The position numbers were made by a program, and so were the translations under genes. Shown here in pieces: positions 23,280 through 32,176 of a stretch of DNA of 64,000 nt. This DNA is from Caulobacteraceae bacterium (lineage in GTDB: Bacteria; Pseudomonadota; Alphaproteobacteria; Caulobacterales; Caulobacteraceae): the NCBI GenBank assembly GCA_965283675.1, contig CBDIPQ010000005.1, positions 91,196 through 155,195 of the forward strand, in the 5' to 3' direction. Within the stretch, counting starts at the first letter, position 1. Each line of letters begins with the position of its first letter. The notes under the pieces are model-generated. The model worked only from the letters and a program-made list of their open reading frames with translations, was not told where the DNA came from and made no database searches.

Positions 23280-23548
23280 TTATAGCGTCCGATAATGGAT
23301 ATGAGCTCGTCGGCGCCCTTGCGACGCGCGGCTTCATCAAGATGAGGCGCAGCGACATGGTGCTCGAGATGCTGAAGGATCAGCGCTTCGACCAGGCCGC
23401 CAAGAGCGCCGCGCACGGCGGCGGCCTGCTGGAGGACGGCGATGCAATCGACATCATCATTGATGGCGCGCTCGAGAGCGCTGACCTGCCCATTGATGCG
23501 GCGGACCCTGGCCATAAGTTTGGGCTTGTCAGCGGCGATATGGGCCAT
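23276..23548 (-). CDS. rcnR: RcnR/FrmR/CsoR-family metal-sensing repressor (DmeR-like)
   Basis: MAH...KLMARVRRINGQV, DCIAVLQQAAAVRGAL, HLEHH; ATGA-coupled to dmeF. Confidence 0.88.
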   Translation of the reverse strand: MAHIAADKPKLMARVRRINGQVSALERAINDDVDCIAVLQQAAAVRGALGGLVEALILQHLEHHVAAPHLDEAARRKGADELISIIGRYK

Positions 23549-23583
23549 GGTGGAATCCTTCTGAGACGACGTGTTGGGTCTCA

Positions 23584-23784
23584 TTAGTCACTCGCCCCGG
23601 CCTTCGCACCCAAGGCGGTCATTCGCCGGGGGAGCTCCCGCTCGATGGCCTTGCGGCGGAAGGGCGACAGCTTGCACCATTGAGCCACTTCCGGACGCGT
23701 TCGGCCGCACCCCACGCACCAGCCGGTCGCGGAATTGAAGATGCAGATGTCTATGCAGGGTGTCTTCACCGATCGGCCCGTCAC
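23584..23784 (-). CDS. DUF1289-family small Cys-rich protein
   Basis: TPCIDIC...GWCVGCGRTRPEVAQW motif; start GTG 23784 (TTG 23799 possible). Confidence 0.85.
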   Translation of the reverse strand: MTGRSVKTPCIDICIFNSATGWCVGCGRTRPEVAQWCKLSPFRRKAIERELPRRMTALGAKAGASD

Positions 23785-23823
23785 CGAGCCGTGGCGCAAG
23801 CCGTCACGAACCGGTTGGGCTGA

Positions 23824-23842
23824 TATACTCCCTACCAGTATA
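23824..23842. promoter_or_regulatory. Candidate RcnR-type operator heading the DUF1289-rcnR-dmeF-czcCBA operon
   Basis: Palindrome TATACT-N7-AGTATA; minus strand reads TACT-GGTAGGG-AGTA, close to the known RcnR site TACT-G6-N-AGTA. Confidence 0.7.
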
Positions 23843-23932
23843 ACATCAAGGTTTGCGTGAGTGATGTCGCTGTGCCGCCATCGCTGGCGGCGTCGTGCCT
23901 TCAGAGGGGGAAAGGCTGGGTTTCGAGCCGCA

Positions 23933-25291
23933 TCAATCCTCGTCGCCCGCGACCGCCAGGACGGGCTGAACCCATCCGTCGTCTCCGAAGGCCGCGAGAA
24001 CGCCCTCGAAGTGGTTCAGGTGGCGGACCTCGTTCAGCCCGTGAACGAAACGGTTTCGGGCGTCGATCGACGGTTGGCGCCCGGCGTTTCGAAGAAGACT
24101 GAGTAGCAACCCGCTTGTCGCCGCGGCGGCATAATTCTGACCGTTGCCGACTATGGCGTCGAGCACCTGATCGAGCTCGGCCTGCGTCAGAGAACCGGTG
24201 TAGGGAGCGATGAAGTCACTGAAGTTGGCTTCCGAGCCCCTGAAGCTGCCCGAGCCCGCATAGCGCGCGACAGCGGCCGGCCACAGGTCAGCAAGCGGAG
24301 TGGCAGCGATCGTGCGGGCGAAGGTCTCGCGGTCCAGTCGCGGTATCGCGGCAAGGAGCGGCCCGGAACCGCTCGAATGTGATCCCCATCATGATCCGGA
24401 CATCGGCGACATTTGCGGGGTCGAGGTTGTTGACGGTCTCCTGCAGGGCGGTCTGCGTCGCCTCCTGGATCAGCGGCCAGAAGTTCGGGAAGGCGGCGAT
24501 GAAGGCGATGGCCCGCGGCCGATCAAGGGCGCCAGATTGTCGAGGAGCTGCACAATGGAAGGTGCGAGTTCGGGCCACGCCGCAGGGGTCCGCTCGCGGA
24601 CCGCCACGAGGGCCGAAACGATTTTGCCGCGCACCCCGTCGAGATGAGGGGGAATGCCTTTGAGCAACGACTTGGCGAGAACAGTGCCGAAGTTGCGGAT
24701 GTTCTGGGACCGGACGCGGGCGAGGTAGCGCTGCTCGACGTAGTCGAGAATCCTGGCGTGATCGCTCGGGAATCCGGGCGACTGAACATCGACATCGAAG
24801 ACCTCGAAGATCGCTCGGCCCTGAAGAGGTTCCTGGGCCAGCACGAGATCGACGGCGTTGACCAGATGCATTCGCACCAGTTCTGGCGTGGGCTCGAACA
24901 GCAGGGCTTCGGCCGAGAAGGCAGGATGGGCGCACAGATGGCGGTCCTCGCGCAGTCTCTCCAGCTGTCGCCGGGCGATCTGGCTGATAGCCTGGGTGTT
25001 GTCCGCGGCGTCCTCGATGATCCGGCCCTCCAGCTGGAGGAGCTGGCGAATGTCACTGATCGCGGTCGCATTATCCCAGGATTGAAGGAAGGTCGTCGCG
25101 GCGGCATCGCCCATCGCGCCTAGCTCCCGGTACTTTGCGATCAGATCATAGGCGAGCGCGACCCATGCCGCCGTCAGCGATGCGCGAAGGGCAGCTTTGT
25201 AGGCCTTCACCGCGTCGAGGAAGTAGATGCGTGACTGGGCGTTGCGCACCTTGGTCAGCAGGATGTCGAGATCTACGAAGCTGGAGTCCAC
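23933..25291 (-). CDS. Hypothetical protein of about 450 aa with HEPN-like Rx4H motif; two apparent frameshifts (about 24527 and 24360)
   Basis: Three consecutive protein-like segments (ORFs 24470-25357, 24288-24935, and the frame ending 23933) join into one helical protein; EDRHLCAHP motif. Confidence 0.65.
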
Positions 25292-25367
25292 AGGGCGTAC
25301 CGAGGAAATGAGTGGGGGGGGCGAAGGTCGGGCAGGCGACGTGGCCCGTCCATCCAACCGTGAGGGT

Positions 25368-26429
25368 CTACTCGTAGGGGAGCTCTCCGAAGAGGCCTAT
25401 CATGAGATCTCCCTTCAGCTCGCGGAAAGGAATCTCGACAAAATGGTCGGGGTGTCTGGGCTTGGCCCGGCCATCCCCAGGACCGTTCTTTGTGTGGCCG
25501 CGAACCTGCTCGCCGCTTTCCTTGACATAGGGAAGGACAACGAGCCTACCGTGGTTGGTCGAGAGGATCGTGCCCTCGCGCCATAGCGTCGACCCATCCT
25601 CACCCTTGTCGCTGGTGGTCGCCTTGACCGTCCAGCCGAGTTGACCGTCCGGCTCGTACCAGAACACGATCCCATTGCTGACCAGAACATGCTCGCCACG
25701 GGCCAGAGCCTCGGCGAGGAGGCGTTGAACGCTGGCGAGCTGAAGAAGCTGATTGGCCCGCGGCAGCAGTTCGGCACGGATTTTGGCCTTCACCTGACCC
25801 CAGTGCTGATCGTGGTGAAACTTGAAGCCGTTGGCGATCCGGGCGCGCATGGCTTTCTCCGCCGATTTCTCGCCGGCGGGATAGGGTTTGCTCCAGACGT
25901 CGTCAGCGTTGCGATACAGAACGACCTGCCGTCCGCGGCCATCGAGAAGAGCCATCCAGAGATAGGGGTAGGTTTGTAGCTCTTGCGCCAACGCTTCCCG
26001 ATAGGGCTCGGCCTCAGTGTGCAGCTTGATTTGATCGATCGGGATCCGGGGCGTGTCGGCGTGGCGTCGGATCGCCTCGGAAAGCATCAGGGCTTCCTCA
26101 TCCGCCAGACGTTGCCGCGACTGAAGCGCCTTGCGGACCTTCAGGGTGAGAGAGGTCTTCTCTGTTGCGTCCATCTGCCTCGCCGCGAGCGCCGCCGCCA
26201 GCGAGGGATTCAAAGCCTCGGCTGCGGATACTGCGGCCTTCCGATCCGGATGGACGTCCATTCTGACCCATCCCTCCTCGGACGGGATTCGTCGGTCTCG
26301 CCAGCGAACGCCGCCGTCCTCGGTCTCGACCAGCTCCACCATGAACCAGCGCTCATGCAACGGGCGATAGCTCGGCCATATCGCGAGGATAGGATCATGA
26401 TCCCTCCGACTGTCTCCCCACTTGATCAT
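25368..26429 (-). CDS. Hypothetical protein (353 aa)
   Basis: GGAGG RBS before ATG 26429; protein-like composition; C-terminal PYVKESGEQVRGHTKNGP motif. Confidence 0.75.
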   Translation of the reverse strand: MIKWGDSRRDHDPILAIWPSYRPLHERWFMVELVETEDGGVRWRDRRIPSEEGWVRMDVHPDRKAAVSAAEALNPSLAAALAARQMDATEKTSLTLKVRKALQSRQRLADEEALMLSEAIRRHADTPRIPIDQIKLHTEAEPYREALAQELQTYPYLWMALLDGRGRQVVLYRNADDVWSKPYPAGEKSAEKAMRARIANGFKFHHDQHWGQVKAKIRAELLPRANQLLQLASVQRLLAEALARGEHVLVSNGIVFWYEPDGQLGWTVKATTSDKGEDGSTLWREGTILSTNHGRLVVLPYVKESGEQVRGHTKNGPGDGRAKPRHPDHFVEIPFRELKGDLMIGLFGELPYE

Positions 26430-26596
26430 GCATGCCTCCCGACTCGGAGCTGATCTGATCGACAGGCGCATATTGACGCAATGCCTGATTGAAGCCTGGC
26501 TGTGCGCAACAAAACTTGAGATGGCGCCGCGTGGCACTGGCATGGGGCGAGGGGACTTCCCGAACTCAACATCCCCAATCGATGGAGCGTGAGATC

Positions 26597-27073
26597 ATGG
26601 TGAAGGTTGTCGGGTTTCCTGCCCCCGTAGATATCTCCGGCCTGAAGCCCGGGTCAGCGTTCCAGGTCGGTGATACAGTTCCGCCGCTCTATGGGATCAC
26701 GGTGAAGGCGGGTGACCTGGTGACGGCCATCCTTCTGGGTCAGGTGAAGGGCCAGGCGGCTTCCCCTGGCTATCTGCAGAATCAGCACCTCCCCGGCGAG
26801 TGCTACGCCGTCGACGCCGAGCTCGTGATCGGCAGAACCGCGAAGACGGAGCGTCGCGAAGCGCTGACGCATGGCGCGCTCGTCTTCGACGGCGAGAACA
26901 AGCCGTTCCTCGTCATCGAGCAAGCCGATCCCTTCCCACGCCTGTACCTGTCGATGGAGACAGGCGAGGCAAAGACGGACGGACCAGCGGGCATGCTCCA
27001 AATCTACGGCAACTGGGTGCTGAGGCTTGAGGGGGAAGGGAAGACGCTGACCGAGCTCACACTCAATGGCTAG
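26597..27073 (+). CDS. Hypothetical protein (158 aa, beta-rich)
   Basis: ATG 26597 after GGAG; stop TAG formed from the TA target plus first IS base. Confidence 0.7.
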   Translation: MVKVVGFPAPVDISGLKPGSAFQVGDTVPPLYGITVKAGDLVTAILLGQVKGQAASPGYLQNQHLPGECYAVDAELVIGRTAKTERREALTHGALVFDGENKPFLVIEQADPFPRLYLSMETGEAKTDGPAGMLQIYGNWVLRLEGEGKTLTELTLNG

Positions 27074-27900
27074 GCTCAGGACCCATTGATGTGAGGCGTT
27101 CGGTCTGATTCAGGCTCCTGAGGAGTCTGGATATGAGCGACCTGTATTGGCTGACGGACGAGCAGATGGCTCGGCTGGAGCCCTTCTTCCCAAAGAGCCA
27201 CGGCAAGCCGCGCGTTGACGACCGCCGGGTGTTGAGCGGGATCATCTTCGTCAACCGCAACGGCCTCCGCTGGCGAGATGCGCCGGCGGCCTACGGGCCG
27301 CACAAGACCCTCTACAACCGCTGGAAGCGATGGAGTGAGGCTGGCGTCTTCATCCGGATGATGGAGGGCCTCTCCGGGGCTCAGACCGAACGCCGCACGG
27401 TCATGATCGACGCGACCTATCTCAAGGCGCACCGCACGGCTTCGAGCCTGCGGGTAAAAAAGGGGGTCTCGGGCGACTGATCGGACGCACGAAAGGCGGC
27501 ATGAACACCAAGCTGCACGCCGTGACCGATGCGAACGGGCGGCCCATCAGCCTCTTCATGACAGCGGGTCAGGTCAGCGACTACATCGGCGCTGCCGCTC
27601 TCCTGGACAGCCTGCCACGCGCCCAGTGGTTGTTGGGCGACAGGGGCTACGACGCCGACTGGTTCCGGGACGCCTTGCAGGCCAAGGGGATCACGCCGTG
27701 CATCCCAGGCCGCAAAACCCGCACCGAACCCATCCGCTACGACAAGCGACGCTACAAGCGGCGAAACCGGATCGAAATCATGTTTGGACGCCTGAAAGAC
27801 TGGCGCCGGGTCGCCACCCGCTACGATCGCTGTCCGACGGTCTTCCTGTCCGCCATCGCCCTCGCCGCGACCGTCCTGTTCTGGCTATAAGTCCTGAGCC
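27073..27900 (+). mobile_element. IS5-family (IS427-group) insertion sequence, 828 bp
   Basis: Perfect 10-bp TIRs GGCTCAGGAC / GTCCTGAGCC, TA direct repeats at 27071-27072 and 27901-27902, split DDE transposase. Confidence 0.95.
27133..27890 (+). CDS. IS5-family transposase, orfA 27133-27480 plus orfB joined by programmed -1 frameshift
   Basis: GKPRVDDRRVLSGI, WRDAP..YGPHKT, IDATYLKAHR, DRGYDAD, RYDRC motifs; slippery A AAA AAG at 27456-27462. Confidence 0.93.
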
Positions 27901-28509
27901 TAAGAAGGTCTACACGCCCTCCGAGGATCTACTGGACGGCCTCAAACAGGATGTCCTCTACCTGTTGCTCACGATCCTGGCGCATCGCGAGAAGCAACGC
28001 CTCCCGAACCTGGGAAAGATGTCTGGGAAGACCTCGTGCTTGAGCTCGCCCTGTTGGAAAGCGGGACGAGGGATATCATCGCGCGACTTACAGCGCTGGA
28101 CGACGACGGTTCCGGGTCACGGTCGTTCCCGAATGCTCTCGCTGCCATGAATCGCGAGGGACTAGCGGCCAGGAAGGCAGAAGAACTGAAGGCCCACGTC
28201 AAGGCGTACCGGGCGGCGATCAACGATCTCAAGGTCAACCATCGCAACAGCTACATCAGCCATGTGCAGGAGTTCGCCGAAGTTCTCCCGCGCGTCCTTG
28301 ATAAGCCCGTGCGTTTCGAGATGGCAGCGAGCCTCTCCGTCAATGTTCTCGACGCCTTGATGGGGCGACAGGTGGAGTATCGGTTCCGGGTCGGCTCTCA
28401 GGAACCCGAGCTTGATCTGCGCGCGCGTCTTTCCGGTCCGTAGCCTAACCACGAAGTCTTGGGTCCTGACGTACAGTGCGATGCCAAGCCTTCCTGCGGA
28501 GGCTGCGAC

Positions 28510-28529
28510 CTTACACAAATGCTTACACA
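28510..28529. repeat. Direct repeat CTTACACA x2 near the att site (candidate integrase arm-type sites)
   Basis: CTTACACA at 28510-28517 and 28522-28529, about 60 bp inside the tRNA-derived core. Confidence 0.45.
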
Positions 28530-28587
28530 GTCGGCTGGCTTGTGGTAGATTCTCACGAAGTATCAGTGGTTTGATGCTGGCGTGTGT

Positions 28588-28641
28588 GACTTAAAATCCG
28601 GGTCCTCTGGAGTGTCGGTTCGAGTCCGACCGCCCGCACCA
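28588..28641 (+). tRNA. 3' half only of tRNA-Leu(TAA), not an intact gene; probable att core
   Basis: Anticodon loop CT-TAA-AA, long variable arm, T-arm GTCGG-TTCGAGT-CCGAC, acceptor strand CGCCCGC-A-CCA; no complementary GCGGGCG or D-arm upstream. Confidence 0.88.
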
Positions 28642-28649
28642 GCTCCCGG

Positions 28650-29615
28650 TCAGCCGACCAGCGCTTGCCGGTCGCGTTCCAGAAAGGCGACGATGTCGGC
28701 CGGCGTCGCTCTCGGCGTGCGGGTGTGCGGATAGGCGTGCGCGGTGCGCGGCTTCCGGTCGAACCACAGTTCATCGACCACCTCCGACGGACGGGTCGCG
28801 GCCAGCCAGTCGATGGTGTCGGCGCCCTCGTCGTCGTTGCGCAGGATCGGAGCCAGGATCTTGCGGAATTTGGGCAGGGAGGTCTTCACCCCCGCCGTGT
28901 CGGCCCAGCCCGGATGGACCGCGTAGGTCCTGGCCCCAATGTCGGCGAAGGCCGCGCGCCAGTGCTCGGTCAGCGCCACCTGGGCCCGCTTGTGGGCCGC
29001 GTAGGCGGCGAAGCCGTTGAACTTCTCTTCCGGGATGTTCAGCATCGATTTGGTCAGCGGCAGATTGTAGAGGCCGCCCGAGACCACATTGATGATCGCC
29101 GCTTCCGAGGCCAACAGGCCCTCGGCGTGCATCTGTTCCGTCAGGATGTAGTGACCCAGCAGATTGGTCGCGTAGGAGGTCTCCACCCCCTCGGCCGTCG
29201 CCTGGTAGGACCGCATCAGCAGGCCGACATTGTTGACCAGAACGTCGAACTTCAGGGCGGCGATCTCCGGCCGGCGGGCCAGGTCGGACACCGCCCGCAT
29301 GGATGACAGGTCGCAGACGACCGGAACGATCCGTCCGGACGCCCCCGCCGCCGCGGCCTGAAGCGCATCCAGCGCGGCGACATTGCGCCCGACCGCGTAC
29401 ACCGTGGCCCCTTTGCGCACGGCGCGCAGCGCCGCCGCCCGCCCCAGCCCGCCGGTCGCGCCGGTGACCAGCCAGGTCTGTCCGGAATAGTCCGCGCGAA
29501 CCGGCTTGAACGGCAGGCCGCGGGCGATGTAGCCGACGCGGGTGAATGACGGCGCGAAGCGTGCGTAGAAATTCACAGACTTCATAAGGGCTTGCAGGAA
29601 GGGCAGCTCAGCCAT
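28650..29615 (-). CDS. SDR-family oxidoreductase (DHRS12-like)
   Basis: TGATGGLG, NNVG, YAAHK, VHPGWADT motifs. Confidence 0.9.
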   Translation of the reverse strand: MAELPFLQALMKSVNFYARFAPSFTRVGYIARGLPFKPVRADYSGQTWLVTGATGGLGRAAALRAVRKGATVYAVGRNVAALDALQAAAAGASGRIVPVVCDLSSMRAVSDLARRPEIAALKFDVLVNNVGLLMRSYQATAEGVETSYATNLLGHYILTEQMHAEGLLASEAAIINVVSGGLYNLPLTKSMLNIPEEKFNGFAAYAAHKRAQVALTEHWRAAFADIGARTYAVHPGWADTAGVKTSLPKFRKILAPILRNDDEGADTIDWLAATRPSEVVDELWFDRKPRTAHAYPHTRTPRATPADIVAFLERDRQALVG

Positions 29616-29641
29616 CGGATATCCTCCAAAGCGCGTACGTC

Positions 29642-29663
29642 GTCGCTTTCGTAAACATACTAA
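29642..29663 (+). promoter_or_regulatory. Cluster-wide operator motif copy
   Basis: GTCGCTTTC GTAAAC ATACTAA in the divergent intergenic region. Confidence 0.7.
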
Positions 29664-29713
29664 TCAAGCGGGACGGCTTGGCAACCGGCTTGCGTTTCTG
29701 GACTGATGGCGTA

Positions 29714-29735
29714 TCGGTTCGGAATCGCAAGTCAC
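29714..29735 (-). promoter_or_regulatory. Cluster-wide operator motif copy (weaker)
   Basis: GTGACTTGC GATTCC GAACCGA, 15 bp before ATG 29750. Confidence 0.45.
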
Positions 29736-29749
29736 AGGATCCGCTTCGA

Positions 29750-30772
29750 ATGACCAGACCGATCCGCGTGATCCAGTGGGCGACCGGCTCCATGGGGCGG
29801 GCCTGCCTGCGCGCCGTGATCGACGATCCGCGCTTCGAACTGGTCGGTCTGTTCGTCTATGGAGCGGCCAAGGCCGGGCGGGACGCCGGGGACATCGCGC
29901 GGCGCGATCCGACCGGGGTGATCGCCACCCGCGCCATCGAGGACATCCTGGCGCTGGACGCCGACGTGGTGCTGCACTGCCCGATGTTGCCGGATCCCTA
30001 TGACGGGCATGACGCCGACGTCCGGCGTCTGCTGGAGGCAGGCAAGAACGTCATCTCGATCAACAACTACTTCGAGCCCGCCGCGCTCGGCGCCGACTAT
30101 GCGGCGACCCTGTCGCAGAGCGCGCTGAAGGGCGGCGCGACCCTGGCCGGGACGGGGGTGAATCCCGGCTGGGTGGCGGAGCGGATGGCGGCCAACGCCG
30201 TCAGCCTGTGCCTGTCCCACCGCAACGTCGCGACCCGCGAAATCATTGACTGCGCGACGGTTCCCAACCCCGACTATGTCTTCGGCGCGCTCGGCTTCGG
30301 GGCGGATCCGGCGTCGATCGACCTGGTGGACGGCCCGCTGGCGCGAACCTTCGACCGCATGTTCGCCCAGAGTGTCGAGGGGCTGGCGCAACGCATCGGT
30401 CTGAAGCTGGACGGCTATGAGTCCGACCACGAACTGCGCACCGCCGAGCTCGACCTCATCGTCGCGGCGGGCATCATCCCTCGGGGCACGGTGGCGGCGA
30501 CGACCTGGCGGGTGCACGGCCTCGCCGACGGCGTCCGCCGCATCACCCACGAGGTCAACTGGATCATGGACCCGGCCGACCCGGCCTTCGCCGGCAAGCC
30601 GCACTGGAGGATCGAGGTCGACGGCCTGCCCGGGCTGAAGATCGCCATGGACCTGGTCGACACCGCGCCGGCGGGCGTGCGCACCAAGCCTGAGCAGTTC
30701 GCGGTCGCCGGCATGGTCCTGGACGCCATCCCGCGCGTGGTCGCGGCGCCGCCGGGCCTCCTTCGCCTCTGA
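29750..30772 (+). CDS. DapB-like NAD(P)H-dependent oxidoreductase (amine dehydrogenase / diaminopentanoate dehydrogenase-like)
   Basis: RVIQWATGSMG Rossmann motif, GRDAGD, GTGVNPGW. Confidence 0.8.
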   Translation: MTRPIRVIQWATGSMGRACLRAVIDDPRFELVGLFVYGAAKAGRDAGDIARRDPTGVIATRAIEDILALDADVVLHCPMLPDPYDGHDADVRRLLEAGKNVISINNYFEPAALGADYAATLSQSALKGGATLAGTGVNPGWVAERMAANAVSLCLSHRNVATREIIDCATVPNPDYVFGALGFGADPASIDLVDGPLARTFDRMFAQSVEGLAQRIGLKLDGYESDHELRTAELDLIVAAGIIPRGTVAATTWRVHGLADGVRRITHEVNWIMDPADPAFAGKPHWRIEVDGLPGLKIAMDLVDTAPAGVRTKPEQFAVAGMVLDAIPRVVAAPPGLLRL

Positions 30773-30803
30773 TGTCAGCGGGTTGCCCGCTAACAAAAGT
30801 CAT

Positions 30804-30825
30804 GTCACTTTCATTCAAAGACTAA
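30804..30825 (+). promoter_or_regulatory. Cluster-wide operator motif copy
   Basis: GTCACTTTC ATTCAA AGACTAA, 24 bp before ATG 30849. Confidence 0.72.
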
Positions 30826-30848
30826 AAGAACGAACCGAGGAAACGACC

Positions 30849-31379
30849 ATGGCCGACCGTGATCCCGAGGTGCAGGCGCTTCTCGACAAGAAGGCGATCG
30901 AGGAGACCCTGCTGCTGTTCCTGCGCGGCTGCGACCGCGCCGATGCGGACCTGGTCGAGCGCGCCTACTGGCCCGACGGTTGGGAGGACCACGGCGGCAC
31001 CTTCAACGGCCCGGCGTCCGAATGGGTCGCCGTCGTCAAGGAGCGCCTGCCCAAGGCCGGGCTGATGAACCACCTGGCCATGAACCTGGTCATCGAGCTG
31101 AAGAGCCCGACCACGGCGACGGCCGAATGCTACATCCTCACCGCCTCGCGCCTGAAGGTGAAAGGGGAGCTGTTCGACACCCGCACCCTGGCCCGCTGCG
31201 TGGACCAGATGGAGAAGCGTGGGAACGAATGGCGGATCCTGCGCCGCACCATGTGCTGGGAGTGGAACGAGGAACACGAGATCTCGGAGACCTGGGCGCG
31301 CGGGGCTATCACCAACGATCCGACCCAGCTGCGCCGCGGCGCCAAGAAGCCCGACGACATCATCTACACCGCCGCCTGA
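30849..31379 (+). CDS. NTF2-like / SnoaL-like protein (BaiE/LinA-like dehydratase fold)
   Basis: GAGG RBS; RGCDRAD...YWPDG..DHG, HLAMNLVIE, EWRILRR motifs. Confidence 0.85.
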   Translation: MADRDPEVQALLDKKAIEETLLLFLRGCDRADADLVERAYWPDGWEDHGGTFNGPASEWVAVVKERLPKAGLMNHLAMNLVIELKSPTTATAECYILTASRLKVKGELFDTRTLARCVDQMEKRGNEWRILRRTMCWEWNEEHEISETWARGAITNDPTQLRRGAKKPDDIIYTAA

Positions 31380-31388
31380 GGTCCGATC

Positions 31389-32147
31389 ATGGAAGTCCAG
31401 GGCTGTGTCGCCATCGTCACCGGCGCCAATCGCGGGATCGGCGAGGCCTTCGTCCGCGTGCTGATGCAGGAAGGGGCGGCCAGGGTCTACGCTGGCGCCC
31501 GCGATCCCGCCTCGGCGAAACATCTCGAGGATGAGTTTCCCGATCGCGTCGTGGCCGTGCGCCTCGACGTGTCGAAGCCGGAGCAGATCACGGCCGCGGC
31601 GGCCGCCTGTCCCGACGTCTCGGTCGTGGTCAACAACGCCGGCGCCTTCGACAACCAGCTGCTGATCGGCGCCGACGACCTGTCGGCCGCGCGCGAGGAG
31701 ATGGAGGTCAACTATTTCGGCCCCGTCGCCATGGCCCGCGCCTTCGCGCCCATCCTGAAGGCCAACGGCGGCGGCGCCATCCTGAACGTCCTCTCGGTCG
31801 GCGGCATCCTCGCCGCGCCGAACATGGGGGGCTACAGCCCGTCCAAATTCGCCATGCGCGCCGCCGGGACGTGCATCCGCGCCGAGCTGGCCGGGCAGGG
31901 CACGACCGTCACCTCGCTGATCGTCGGCTCGGTCGACACGCGCATGGCCGCGCATGTGAAGGGGGCCAAGGAGGCGCCTGAGGACGTCGCCCGGGCCGCC
32001 ATGCGCGGCATCACCCGGGGCACGGACGAGATCGACACAGACCGCTTCGCCATCGAGATGCGCGCCGCCAAGGCGCGCGATCCCAAGGGGTTGGAGCGGC
32101 AGATGGCCAAGGCCGTCTTCGTCAAGGAACCGTCGACCGGCCGCTAG
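31389..32147 (+). CDS. SDR-family oxidoreductase
   Basis: TGANRGIG, NNAG, YSPSK. Confidence 0.92.
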   Translation: MEVQGCVAIVTGANRGIGEAFVRVLMQEGAARVYAGARDPASAKHLEDEFPDRVVAVRLDVSKPEQITAAAAACPDVSVVVNNAGAFDNQLLIGADDLSAAREEMEVNYFGPVAMARAFAPILKANGGGAILNVLSVGGILAAPNMGGYSPSKFAMRAAGTCIRAELAGQGTTVTSLIVGSVDTRMAAHVKGAKEAPEDVARAAMRGITRGTDEIDTDRFAIEMRAAKARDPKGLERQMAKAVFVKEPSTGR

Positions 32148-32176
32148 CGCCGGCGCCACAAGGGGAGGGAAGTCCA

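Larger units (their letters stand above)
27066..28443 (+). pseudogene. HEPN-like (AbiU2-type?) gene interrupted at codon 2-3 by the IS; additional frameshift at about 28003-28005
   Basis: Removing the IS and one TA copy gives ATG GCT AAG AAG GTC TAC (MAKKVYTPSEDLLDGLKQD...); one extra C continues into ...LKVNHRNSYISH (Rx5H). Confidence 0.65.

Noticed and set aside
27626-28150. Independent 174-aa ORF spanning the IS end
   Set aside because: A chimera of an IS alternate frame with the N-terminal part of the interrupted gene; no credible RBS
28588-28641. Functional tRNA-Leu gene
   Set aside because: No D-arm or 5' acceptor strand (GCGGGCG) upstream; only the 3' half is present
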